Source of the DNA: Nemertoderma westbladi
Lineage: Eukaryota > Animalia > Xenacoelomorpha
NCBI GenBank assembly: GCA_032718475.1
Contig: JAUCBJ010005973.1
Span: 1 to 57,434, forward strand
Direction of reading: 5' to 3'
Length of the DNA: 57,434 bases
In this document: one piece after another, positions 37,720 through 50,471 of the stretch
Numbering within the stretch: the stretch's first letter is position 1
Layout: each line of letters begins with the position of its first letter
Notes under the pieces: generated by a model
What the model was told of the DNA's origin: nothing
The model's database searches: none
Seen by the model: only the letters and a program-made list of their open reading frames with translations
Position numbers and translations under genes: made by a program

Positions 37720-40700
37720 TCTGTTCAAGACTCAAAGCACTTGTGTTGAAGACAGTGCTTATAAAGTTAGCGGAAATTCTATCCCGCGCTGTCGGATTAC
37801 TCGTGCTAATCCGTGACACAACAGATGTTGAGTTGAGTAATAATATGTTGTAATAGAAAAGGGGCGTGGTAGGGCATACAAGGAAACTGCAGTTCGGTAG
37901 CCAGAGGAAATGCCCTTATAATGAGTATAACGATGTAGATTACTACACAGTGCCAACCTGAACCCCAGCTGGAGAGACTGACGGGCAATTTAGGGTACAT
38001 AGCAGAGTTCCAACACAGAGACGCAGTGCCACCATGGATAATGGGCTGCATCCGGATAATTTGTGCAAAGTGGAGTTATTCACATATGGTCCGAGATGAA
38101 TTAGGCCACGCAGAGTTTTGCGGTAGAAGATGTCCATATTGTCCATGTCAGTAAAATTCATGGCACCGATATTGAACTTCAGCTGGTACATGAGCAATGG
38201 CACAGCAATGGACTCCCAAAGGTGGAAGACCACGTTTATGGGCAACCATCTTGTTGTCCAACCCTTCGAGTGGAACGTGTGGGACATGTGGGCTATAGAC
38301 TGAATGGTTTCATTAAGTACATCACTGGACTTCACGTGACTGGTGATCCGAACACCCAAGAATGTTAGGGAGTTGCTCCATTTGACCAATTCACCATTGA
38401 CCTTGATGAAGCGGGGAGAGTGATGAAGCGAAATCCAGACCAACCTTGCCAGCTTCTTGTGACAGTACATTGATCATGTCTTCTAAGTCTGAGGCAGAAG
38501 TTCCTGATATAAGAAAATCGTTGGCGTAGGAAATAACGCCTAACCAGGCATCACCAATGCAACAACAGCCCTTACTGGTTTCCTGCATGGTTCGTACAGC
38601 ATCAGCTGTATAGAAGTTAAAGAGCACTGGGGACTGCAGTGACCCTTGTTTCAGTCCTCTTGTGGGAGAAATTCCGAGCATGTCGATCCCTTCACTGAAT
38701 TTAAGAAATGTTTGACCGCACAGGTAGTAAGCAAGTAAAGTGGAAGCAATATGGGGGTTAACTCCAGATGATAGCAGCTTTCTAATTAAAGTAGCGTATT
38801 CAACGCTATCAAAGGCAGAATCTATGCCCAGTTGGCATACAAAGACACGAGATCCTCTCGATAAGTAATGTTATAGACATTCTAATAGCGTTGCGATAAC
38901 CGCATCAGTTCCGAACTTCTTCTTATAGGCTGTTTGGTTTGTGTGTGAATAGAGCCCATTTAGGTAACATGTCAGAAGGACGTGTTCCAGAACTTTAGCG
39001 AAAATGCTAATGGAGGCTATAGGCCTAAATGATGATGGTTTGCGTGGATCACGTCCCTTGCCTTTATATAGGCTACTCAGAACAGATTCACCAAATAAAT
39101 TTGGGACTGTTTTGAGTTGAAAACAGAGGTTGAACATGTCAGCAAGGAGGTTACAAACAGGGCCTGGATTGAGATACAGGAAGTTTTCAACTACAAGTGA
39201 CGAAATGTCACCTGCTTTACCCGTGGCTAACGACAGAATGGACCGTTTGATGGCCAAAGGCGATACGTTAGGCAGAGGTGCATTGAGACAGGCATCACGC
39301 AGATCTTTGTGAAGAGCTTCATCTAATTGATAAGGATGTGAAGAGGAGTTGCCAGTACCTTCACTTTTGAATTTGGATGAGTAGTGATCCCTAAGAGTTT
39401 CTTCCATGTCGTGCGAGATCTTTTGATTGGTGTTGCTGTGGTTGAGTGTGGACCAGAATTTCGTTGGGTTCGTTTTAATAAGACTTGGCAACCTGCTAAC
39501 AGAATTAACCACCAAATTTTTAGATAAGAGGTTTTTCAGACGTCTTGTTGATCGTTTAGATGCTTTGAACTCTTCCCCGATAGGATCGTCTGGGTCCTTC
39601 CCTTGCCCCTTCCAAATTTTGTAAAGGTCTCTAGTAACCTTACTTTTACGCTGCAGTAGGCCTGAACGGATACGGATGTTCTTTGTGACCCTAAAAGGCC
39701 TAGTTGTGGGGATATGTGACTTTGCAGCAATAAGGATTGTATCCCGCAATTCTATAGCTGCATTATTGAGAGAGGCTAATGTTTGATCATGAGATAGTTT
39801 GGTGCGAATTGCTGCAAGCTGACTGTCAACTGCATCCACATATTTTCCTAGTTGGTCCTGAGTGGCTCTTTCCCATGCAAATTTTGTCTGTCGGTTGATC
39901 TTCCGGTTGTGTTGAGGAGTGGTAGTAGGTAACACATGAATCTTGAATACTGCCAAGATTGGTACATGGTCAGAGTAATTACAACCAGGATCCTCTTCTT
40001 CAACAGATCCACATTGGAAGTTATCGATGAAGTAACGGGGTGTGAGAATGTGGTCTATGTAGGATTCTCCATTGCCTCCTCGGAAAGTAATGCATGGGCC
40101 AGAGAACTGTCCCAGGGTGTCTACAGCCACAAGATCAAGACTGGTGAGCCAGTTGTGCATTATTTTGCCGCTGTCGGATGCATAAAGTCTAGTACTCCTA
40201 GCTCCCTGAAGTGGGCCAAAGTCTGCATTGGTGTCAGCCAATAGGATAGGTATTGATGTACTGTAGCTATTAAGCAGTGCATCCAGTCTCCCAAGAAAAT
40301 CACAGTAGGTTGATGTGTCCAAACCACTGTGAGGTGCATAGCACGACAATATGATGTATTGTTGACTGCTCCCATATAGCTTTGCATTGATTCCAATGAT
40401 GTCGTCACCAGATTCGACTTTGGTCCACTCAGATACTGCATCTTTCCTAAACAGAAGAGATACCCCTCCAGCTCCTCTAACCCTGTTGGGATTATCCATG
40501 AGTTTGCTAACAGATGATACACTGTTAAATCGATAGTTGACCTTCTCCAAGATTGTTCTACACTGAATACCATCGAGCCAATGCTCCTGCAGACCAACTA
40601 TGTCACATCGCTGCATTATATTGAGGATGTGATCAGTGTTGGATGCGAAGCCCCTAGTGTTAAAGGTTCCAACCTTAAGTTCAACACAATCTTTGCTGTT

Positions 40701-40796
40701 GCTGGATGCTGAGTGGTCTTTGTTAAAGATACTGCTTCTGATGGGTATTAGTGTGTTTGGTGGGATGCAGATGTTGTCGAGATGGATGCAGTGTAT
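37720..40796 (-). pseudogene. LINE ORF2: AP endonuclease and reverse transcriptase, disrupted
   Basis: LKVGTFNTRG, DIVGLQEHWL, GGVSLLFRK, SYIDHIL, SDHVPI; KGKG...SFRPIA, AFDSV, GLKQGSLQSPVLFNFY, SYAND, FLGV. Stop at 38871 and later frameshifts. Confidence 0.92.
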
Positions 40797-42874
40797 TCAT
40801 AACTGGATGGGTGGTATGGCCATCGAATTGCATTGACTCAGATGGCATATGTGTGGGTGGATGTATGTGCCTCTTTGGTTGGAAGGGTTGTTGTGGTTGT
40901 GTCCTCTGCTCCTGTGGTATTCCAGAGGAATTAGGGCATGGGGTTGCCAGGCTCAACGGGGTTTGGCTGTATGGAGTCAAAAAGTTGTTACCCTGATATG
41001 CATGTTCATGTTCATCGTTGTGTTGCCGTGCATTCCAGAATGTGGGCTTATGATACCACTCACGGCATGATATCCCTGGCGGCCAGAAGCCTTTGCTGAG
41101 CACACGTTTGGCATCATCCAGATCAACTGTGATACGTGCATTCTTAGAATCACCAAGCCTGTTCCAACGTAGCGTTATTCTATGAGCATCTACATTACTG
41201 TTCTTCAGGAAGTCAAGAAGATGATGCTCATTGTTCATCCTGTCTATGCCATTGACAAAGAGAGTCGTCCTGTAAAATGACTGGGCACACTGCAAGCCAT
41301 GGTAGGCATGGGTGGCAAGATGGGGCACATGGGAAATTGATGGTCCAATGTCCGTATTGTTGTGGGATGCAAAAGAGGTAGGCTTGATAGGTTGTTTCGG
41401 TGATAGAGCAGCAGGGGAGCTTCTGTAGGGGGTATAGCCTGCTAAGCTAAGGAGTCGACGATCAACATCCTTTGATATGGCAACATTCACAGGGGGACTG
41501 GATTTATGGCCATCAGAATATTGTGAATTGAATGCCAAACCATGGCTACTCATTGATGAAGTAGTGTTGTAGCTGGTTTTACTGCTGCTAGCATCTGCTT
41601 CATCAAGTAAGGGAGAGAAACGATTTGTGGTGGGAATGGCATTAATGCGCTGGGGCTGATAGCCAGTCTTAGCATGGTTTGACGGAAAAGACCATTCGGT
41701 CGCAATGCTACGAGTACCCAGAGCTGAAGACACGTGCTGAGAGGGTACATTGCGATTAATGTTTGGCTGACCAGGTACTTCAATTACAGGAAGTGAGTGT
41801 GCAGTTGTGTTGGTAGAAGGAACAATTGTAGTTTTGACAATTCGAGGTAGTGTGATTAGTACTGAATTGGATGTCATTGTGGTACTGGCACTATTGGAAT
41901 TCACACTAGGAGCGATGGCAATCTGATGCGCATTATCATGGAAGCTAGGTGGATCATCGTAGATATTACTGCTGTTGCTAATTCTACAGTTTGGGGCTGG
42001 TGCCACTTCAAGGCCACCCATCCGATGCTCAAGAACAGTATTCCTATGGCGTTCAGTTTCAAGTTCCTCTTGAGAAGATTGATATTTTTGAGCCAGAGTG
42101 GCACATTCAGATTCTATAAGACATAGGCGTGCCTGGATTGCAGCCACGGCTGAAATTAAGTCGCTATGAACACCTTCTACTGTAATCGTACCATCACATG
42201 CAGTTGTATCCTGCCGTCGCAGACGTTTTCTACAAGATTCTGTGAACTGATGTTCATGCATACAGCGCAAAAGTTCGTAAGTGTCTATAGCCATTTCGTG
42301 AGATGATGTGCGTGGTCTCAACTGGAGTGTAAGGCTTTGGACTGGTGTCATGTATTTCTTAACATTGTCCAGGAGGTTTTCTCTGGTAGTGTGAACTGTG
42401 CTAATGGGGATGGATGATATTTTGCGCAGTGCATCTTTCCTTGTAAGCTGTAAAGTCTTAAGAAGGTCATCAATTTGGTCAGTGTTTAGACTATTCCTGG
42501 CTAGGTTAGATGTTCGGTCGACATCTAAAACAATTGGTGCAACTTTATGCCTAGTGTTGTAGGTTTGTTTGAGCAGCTCTTTAATCTTGATATCCTTAAC
42601 GCAGGCTTTTAACCACATGCGTAGTGCAATACTATTTGAATGCTCTGGAATGAGGGTTGGACTTCCTATGGCCAAGGCAAGTGAATAAATGCATATGAAT
42701 GCGCCACAGTCATATGAGTTTTTTTGCCCTGGGAATGGACGAACCTTGTTCAATGTCACCCAAGGCCTGGTAGACATACCACGTGTACTGCTGATAAGAT
42801 TGAGGAGACCGCATAAATTGTATGCCATAGCGCTTGTTGGATATGTTTTATTCATGCTGCATAAAGTATATATC
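40723..42874 (-). CDS. LINE ORF1, downstream part: C-half of a Ulp1-like protease, coiled coil, low-complexity linker and RRM-like domain
   Basis: PGQKNSYDCGAFICIY; heptads IQARL...ELETERHRNTVLEHRM; LFVNGID...ARITVD...FWPPGISCREW. Confidence 0.8.
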
Positions 42875-44876
42875 CAACCGATTCAATATACCAGAATATA
42901 ATAACAGCCCACAAGGAATCAGCTAAGAGGCATATCCCCCAGAAACCTAAACGAAAACAGTATGTGCCATGGCAAAACTCTGAGGTTACTTGTAAGAGAG
43001 AAGATCTTAAGATAGCCTACAAAGTTAAAACCGAACAACCAACAACCGAAAACATTAACAAGGTTGAGAAAGCTAAGGACGATCTTAAATTGGCCTACAA
43101 CATCAGCCAGGAAAAGTACATACAGGATAAAACTGAAGCAATTACAACTGCTCACATACAGCAACAATCAAGACTTACCTGGCAAACTGTAAATGAGGTA
43201 TCTGGTCGGAAAAGTTGTGCAAAGGGGCGCCTCAAAGCCGATAGTCCTGAAGAACGTGTTGGGAAGTGGAAAAATCACTTCAGCAACTTGCTTGGGCAGC
43301 CACCAAACATCGAGGTCAGCCCTACAAGGAAAATATATGACAAGACACTACCTATAGAAACAGGGGACTTCACACCTGCCGAACTCCAAAGAAGCATTAA
43401 AAGCATGTCCAATAATAAAGCGAGTGGATTAGATGAAATCCCAGCGGAGGTATGGAAAACCGGAGTGCTAAATAGACCATTATTGAATGTTTGCAACCGG
43501 ATGTTAAAAGGGGAAAAGCCACCACCAATTTGGACTAAAGGTCAACTAAAGCCTCTCCCCAAAAAAGGAGACCTCGGCATACCAACAAACTATCGTGGGA
43601 TCTGTCTGCTTGTGGTAGCTGCCAAAATATACAATAAAATGATTCTATATAGGGTTAGGCCTCACATAGAGAAACTACTGCGTAAGAGCCAAAACGGATT
43701 TCGACCAAGTAGATCAACAATAGCTCAGATACTTGCACTACGGAGACTGATTGAAGGAATCAAGTCAAAGAATCTCCCCGCAGTCATGACTTTTGTGGAC
43801 TTCAAGAAGGCATTCGACTCCATCCATAGAGTTAAAATGCTTGAAATCCTAAGAGCTTATGGAATACCAGAAGTAATTGTTGCTGGCATTGGATTGCTAT
43901 ATTGTGACACAGAAGCGCAGGTACTCTCACCAGATGGTGAAACTGAGTTTTTCTCAATCCTGGCTGGCGTACTGCAAGGTGACACATTAGCACCATTACT
44001 ATTTGTAATTGTGCTGGATTACGCAATGAGGACGGCCACAAAGGGTGAAGACCTGGGATTCACACTTCAAGAACGCAGAAGTAGTAGATATCCGGCAACT
44101 ACAGTCACAGACACCGACTTTGCGGATGACATCGCCCTGCTCTCTAATACGCTAGCAGATGCACAGCTTCTACTAAATAAAGTGGAGAGGGCTGCTAAGG
44201 AGGTTGGATTGCATATAAATGCTACCAAGACCGAATTCATGACCGTTAATGTTGATGGAAACTTGACAACCATTGATAATAATCAACTAAGGCAGGTCAG
44301 GTCGATGACTTCAAGTACCTTGGATCATGGATAGAGAGTAGCAAAAAGGACATAGAAGTTAGGAAAGCAAAGGCTTGGGTAGCTCTATCAAAAATGGATA
44401 CCATCTGGAAATCAGATCTCTCCAGGCACCTGAAGACCAAGTTCTTTCGAGCCACAGTGGAAAGTGTATTTTTATACGGGGGTGAGACCTGGACACTGAC
44501 TAAATCACTTGAACAACGAATTGATGGTTGCTACACAAGACTACTAAGGGCAGCCCTAAACATCAGCTGGAGACAACACATGACAAACGCCGAGCTTTAT
44601 GGTACAATACCACCTGTATCAACCACCCTCCGTGAACGCAGATTAAGATTCAGTGGGCACTGCTGGCGAAGTAAAGACGAGGTCATACCAGATCTACTTC
44701 TCTGGCAACCAACTCATGGAAAGCGTAGTCGTGGACGACCAGCCATAACATATATAGATCAACTTGAAAGGGATACTGAACTTGGGAGAAACGAAATTGC
44801 GACAACTATGGAGAATCGGGAAGCCTGGAAGGATCTCATTTCCACTGTCCGAGTTCGCTCGACCTAGTAGTAGTAG
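42875..44876 (+). mobile_element. Young 5'-truncated RTE LINE, 2.0 kb
   Basis: RT ORFs 42964-44334 and 44394-44867 are split by a CAGGT duplication near 44295. FADD motif and (TAG)n tail present. 13-bp TSD TAAAGTATATATC at 42862-42874 and 44877-44889. Confidence 0.96.
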
Positions 44877-45760
44877 TAAAGTATATATCGTCCTAAGTTT
44901 TTGATCAGTGACATGAAGGACAAAGTGAGTGTCATCACAATCAGGGAATACAATGATAGGCTGTGTGTCAATGTCGCAACATGCCGTAATGAAAGAGATA
45001 GCAGAGGCCTTAGCCGCCGCTGTGAACCTGCATTGATCACGAAGCTTGGTGCATAGAACCGAGTCAATGCAGGCAATATTTGGTGAGCTCCTGGCTAGGA
45101 TAGACAAGAACGAGTCAACAATAGGGGTAGATAAATCAGTCAAAGGCTTGAAGTAATTCCAATCGATGTCACCCTACTTGAGCAGAACCAAAGATCTCTG
45201 GGGAGTCGGCATGCGTGTAGCAGCGCACACGATAGCTGCATCGTCATCATCGATAAAAATTAAATTGTTCTCCCTATTACTTGGTGGTGTCTCGGTCAAG
45301 AAAGTGATAGATTGGTCATGAAGGTCTGCAAGGACTGGCTGTGCCGAGTGTGTATAGAGGGGATAATTTTTTCTTTCTAACCATCCGACATCATCATGCA
45401 GATCCTCAACAAGGGGATGAGATGATGCATCAGGTTAGTGGTAGACGTGTAGTGGTTGGATGTTACAGGAAAACCATTGCTGTGGGTGCGAGAGGGAGAG
45501 TGAAGGACTGCTGCAGAAGGTGTGGTAGTGTGTGGTAAGCTCGTGGATAGTAGAGGCTTGACAAGCTTAGTGTGAGTATGATTGACTTGTGGTAAACATG
45601 TGCCGAAGGGAGCAGTATCGTTTGTGAAATGTGGTGACAAGATATGTGACCTGTGAAGTGAGATGTAGGTGTGTGGCACATCATCGCATAGATCTAACTC
45701 CTTATTAATGGGGTTAGACTTATTGGTAGGGTTAGACAAGTAATGAAATGAGTCAGACAA
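44877..45760 (-). pseudogene. LINE ORF1, upstream part: low-complexity region and N-half of a Ulp1-like protease
   Basis: DIDWNYFKPLTDLSTPIVDSFLSIL...IDSVL...IIVFPDCDDTHFVLHVTD joins in frame to 42874 across the TSD. One TAG at 45174-45176 and a frameshift near 45430. Confidence 0.75.
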
Positions 45761-45780
45761 ATAATTGGAACTGGCATTGG

Positions 45781-46701
45781 TCCGGGGACGATCGGAGACC
45801 TGGAGTCTGTAGGATTGGTCGTTCGGGATTCGGTCGGGTTTCTCAACCAGGAACCGCTGGGATTAGTTGCTGTGACGCCATGTCCGGGGTCGATCGGAGA
45901 CCCAGAGTCCATGGGATTGGTCGTCAGGGATTCGGTCGGGATTCCCAACCTGGAACCGCCGGGATTAGTCGCTGTGACGCCATGTCCGGGGTCGATCGGA
46001 GACCCAGAGTCCATGGGATTGGTCGTCAGGGATTCGGGCGGGTTACCCAACCTGGAACCGCCGGGATTAGTCACTGTGATGCCGTGTCCGGGATCGATCG
46101 GAGACCCAGAGTCCGTAGGATTGGTTTTCTGGGATTCAGTCGGGTTTCTCAACCTGGAACTGCTGGGATTAGTCGCAGTGACGCCGTGTCCAGGGTCGAT
46201 CGGAGACCCAGAGTCCATGGGATTGGTCGTCCAGGATTCGGTCGGGTTTCGCAACCCTGAACTGTTGGGATTAGTCGCTGTGACGCTGTGTCCGGGGTCG
46301 ATCGGAGACCCAGAGTCCATTGGATTGGTCGTCCGGGATTCGGTCGGGTTTCCCAACATGGGACCGCCAGGATTAGTCGCTGTGACGCCGTGTCCAGGGT
46401 CGACCGGAGACCCAGAATCCATGGGATTGGTCGTCCAGGATTCAGTCGAGTTTCCCAACCTGGGACCGCCGGGAATAGTCGCTGTGACGCCGTGTCCGGG
46501 GTCGATCGGAGACCCAGAGTCCATGGGATTGGTCGTCGGGGATTCGGGCGGGTTTCCCAACCTGGAACCGCCGGGATTAGTTGCTGTGACGCCGTGTCCA
46601 GGGTCGATCGGAGACCCAGAGTCCATGGGATTGGTCGCCAGGGATTTGGTCGGGTTTCCCAACCTGGAACCACCGGGATTAGTCGCTGTGACGCCATGTC
46701 C
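45781..46701 (-). repeat. Nine tandem 102-bp GC-rich repeats, open as a 34-aa repeat
   Basis: Period 102 (CCCAGAGTCC at 45901 and 46003); GHGVTATNPGGSRLGNPTESxTTNPMDSGSPIDP x9. Confidence 0.92.
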
Positions 46702-48869
46702 CTGCAAACAATGTATTGTTAAAAAGCTGTTATTAAAATGTTATTTAATGACATAGATAACATTATTTCAAATTGTTAGATTAATGATAAAAAAACTGTA
46801 AATTGGCCAAGAAATATGACGTTATATAGTAACGTTATTATTTCGTTTTTAATAACATTAAAATAACAAAGCCAGGATGGTTACATATATCATTACTTGT
46901 ATGTTATTCCTTATCATTATTATTGTATTTTTATTGACATTAAAATAACAATGGCATAATGTTTATTTAGATCGTTACTTTTATGTTATTTCTTAACATA
47001 AAAATATTGTTTGCTAAAAACGTAACATTATACGTGCATTTAAGCCCTTCTCTCATGTTTTATGGTTGGTTCGCTTGCTCAAACTACAGTAATAATCCCC
47101 CTCCATTGCCGTTCTTTATAATTGCCAAACCCTTTATTGAATAATTAATTAATAATTTCCCTACGCATGTTGATATGGTAGTGACAGGCTACAATCTCTA
47201 ACACAGTTTGATTAAATACAATTTTGTTGTAGGCGATTGTATGCAAATTAATAACAATTAAAACGTATAACATGAATTGAATTTTTTGTATAATGACCAG
47301 TCAGGAACAAATAATGAAATAAACAGCAAAATCAAAGTAAAATATCACAGAATAAGTAAACAACAAATATGTGGCTGCATGGCCCATTACGTAAATGGTT
47401 TTGATATTTCGGTTAAAGTTCATCACAGACTTAAAAATAATATGTTTATGACGTACAAATAAGTGACAACAACGTAATGAATTGCATCAATTAAAATACT
47501 TTGAGTTAATATTATTCACTAGATTTATAGATCTGATTTGTAGTCTATATAAAATAAAGTACATATAGTGGGTTTAATAAATAATACCTCACAACAATGT
47601 TAAATTATTAAAAGGAGCAGGTTACAGTTGGCTACAGAGGCACATTATTATATCCTACAGGTAAACAGAAAAAACAGGTTACAGATTTATTTCTGGGAGA
47701 GTAATCAGTATTTATTTGAATCGATATCTCCCTGGAGAGGGATGATTTTGATTGCATCGCAAATCGTCCCTATCTGAACAAATCATATTTAAAAAATTAA
47801 ATGTTAATTATAATTATAGCTGATTTATTAAGATTTATTATAGCTTCATTTATTAAACTGTAAAAATAAATCAATAGGCCTAGGCCCTACAAAAGTACAA
47901 TCTAAAAACTGAAACAATAAGTAGTTTGTAATAAACAGTTAATGTGAAGTTTTCAAATCGACATCGAATCGAAAGTTTTGTAGTAATGCTGTCCCTGTGC
48001 CCTGCCCTTTCAACTGAAAACTGGGACCTCCCAATAATAAGAATTCCAATCTTTAGTCCTTGGCTGTTGAAATCGACCATCAGTACAGACAAATAAGTCA
48101 ATCCTCCACCTGTCAGTGCTGGTTTAAGGGGACTTCCTGGTCCTGGCAGACTTGAATTCTGTAATTGGTATGTCTAATGCCAGTAATGCAGTAATGCATG
48201 AATCCAGAGGGTAAAGGCGAACTCGCATTCAGGTATAGATATGTTTTATTTCTGTATTTATGAGTTCAGGTTAAATAAATCACAAAACCAAAACTATAAA
48301 ACCAAAAATATAAGCTACTGTACAGTGCAGTAGGCCTGCAGTAACTACACTACCGTAATATAGAGATAGGCCTTGCAGTACACCAGTATAACAACACATA
48401 TACACAATAAACATTGAATACAGGATGCCAGAATGAGTATTGTACAACATACCATACTGTATACCATTTACATATGGAAAATTCCTCCATTACCGCGAAT
48501 TTTAAAATTAGCCAATCATCAATCTCAGATTAGATAATAGAAGTGACAGCGTCTATCGCATAATGTTTATTTTATGTGACAAAATAACATTGTTCTGATA
48601 TGTAACAAACCATGTTCTTAAAATGTTAGAACTAAACACTTTTAAAACATTTTTGACTAATGTTTATGTTCTCACATTAAAATTAAGTTTTTTTAACATC
48701 AACAGTTATCATTTATTTAATGTCTGACAAAGACATTATAGAGTAATGTTAAAATAACTTATATTGAACATCTAAATATTCTATCAAACAAGGGAATAAC
48801 ATTTATCAACATTTATAACAAATTAATGATGTTTTTCTCACATTCCTTGAAAGTAAATTGTTTGCAGGG
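46700..48869. mobile_element. CMC/EnSpm-like non-autonomous DNA transposon
   Basis: 13-bp TIR CCCTGCAAACAAT...ATTGTTTGCAGGG. Subterminal regions are rich in ATAACATT/AATGTTAT repeats. No matching TSD. Confidence 0.65.
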
Positions 48870-50171
48870 TAGGAGATACTGTAGGCCTTACTGCACATAC
48901 TATAGGCCATGCTGGCAGAAGTAATGTAGGCGATAGGATAGCGCGGACGACGGGATTAAACCCGGAAGTCGCGGAATACATACCGGTAGGTAGGCCAGAA
49001 GCTGATAGGCCTGTAAAAGCTTTTGCGGATATACTCAGTCCCCCTCGCTCGCAAGGTACCGTTATAGGTGTTTTAATGGACATAAAAGTCATTCTTCGAT
49101 ATGTGTGCTTTGGTGGACATGGTAAGGCAAAAACCCGCAATGTGTAAAATACCCTGGCACAGCTTAGCCTTGATGATTCAGATTACGACATCTAACAGCT
49201 GGTTGCTGACATGGAAACGGCCATTGGACACATGGTTCTTTGTTTAGCTTAACAGCCAATCAGAGCGATTTTTTCTGTCGATGTGGAGCTTTTTGGCAGA
49301 TCATGCTAGGAGTGTTCAGTCTTACTGTTTTTCTTGATACTGCTTAAGATTATAGAGCGTATAACTGTTATCAGTTCATATCAGTTCAGTTCATATCATA
49401 ACATATCTTGTCATATCATATCTTAACCTACCGTCTTAATGCTTTTTACTGTTGTCATATTTTGTATCAGTTGGTTGAATATTATTTGGAGAACATTTAT
49501 AAAGAACCCAAATTTCCCAATTTTCTTGATACACTACAGGTTAGAGAGACAGGTTACATATAGCGATTGCGACTTATATTATTGTGGTTTGTAGTGAATT
49601 TAATGCTATTTGATAAGCACTACATGAGTCAGTTGCTGTTCTCTTTTTATATGATAAAATTCATTGATGGTCGGCAATTTAGTGAGCAGTATTGTGTGTT
49701 ACCGGTAGTGTGCATGATTGTGACTGATAACTAAGCATTTCCTAAAGAATGCGCCTCATACGTGAATCATAAGCCTTACTGACTTACCGTTGTGATTAGT
49801 ATAAGTCATATCTCTGTTTACCTAGATAGAGCGCCACGTCCTAAAGTGAATAATATTAGTCAGAAATTATGTATTAATGATCAATCGAATAATACAGTAA
49901 GCTTACACTGCAATAATAATCTAAGCCCTCAGAATCTAGTCTCCCGGGTATATCCAGCGGGTGAATGGACGCGCACTAGGCTGGCTTCTGCTAATGTTGT
50001 GTTTATTGGTATTAAATATTTGTCAACTTCTAAAGTCTATTTATAAACCAAAAGACATATAAATTTTGGCAGGTTAAACTGCTAAAGGTCTTCAAAAGCG
50101 CGTACAATAACAGTTATTGTCTTTATTGCAGTAAGCAATAAAGTTGAAAGTACCGGTCGACCGGTAAACCT

Positions 50172-50297
50172 GAACCGGTACTTCTGTAGGTCAGTAGGCC
50201 CAACTGCCAGAACCGGTACTGCTGTAGGTCCGTAGGTCCAACTGCCAGAACCGGTACTTCTGTAGGTCCGTAGGCCCAACTGTCCTAACCGGTACTT
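50172..50297. repeat. 38-bp tandem repeat, about 3.3 copies
   Basis: GAACCGGTACTTCTGTAGGTCCGTAGGCCCAACTGCCA-like unit. Confidence 0.85.
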
Positions 50298-50471
50298 CCA
50301 GTATAAGTACATTAGTATTATTCGATTTTGATTATTGTATACTGGTAGGTCTTAGTATTTAATCAGGGACGGCCGCCCTGGTTTTTTATTGAGATTTTAC
50401 TTATTTCTGTCGGTTTTATTTACATGTAAGTTAATATTGAGCTGAAGACGTGTAAGTCTGGTCAGATTGTT

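Larger units (their letters stand above)
37414..46701 (-). mobile_element. Long L2/CR1-group (L2/Crack/Daphne-like) non-LTR retrotransposon with protease-bearing ORF1, interrupted by an RTE
   Basis: 3' stem-loop-like CCGGTTCGCCCGG and (TGAA)n tail at 37414-37450; APE-RT ORF2; ORF1 with FWPPGISCREW; 5' part ends in a 102-bp array. Confidence 0.85.
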
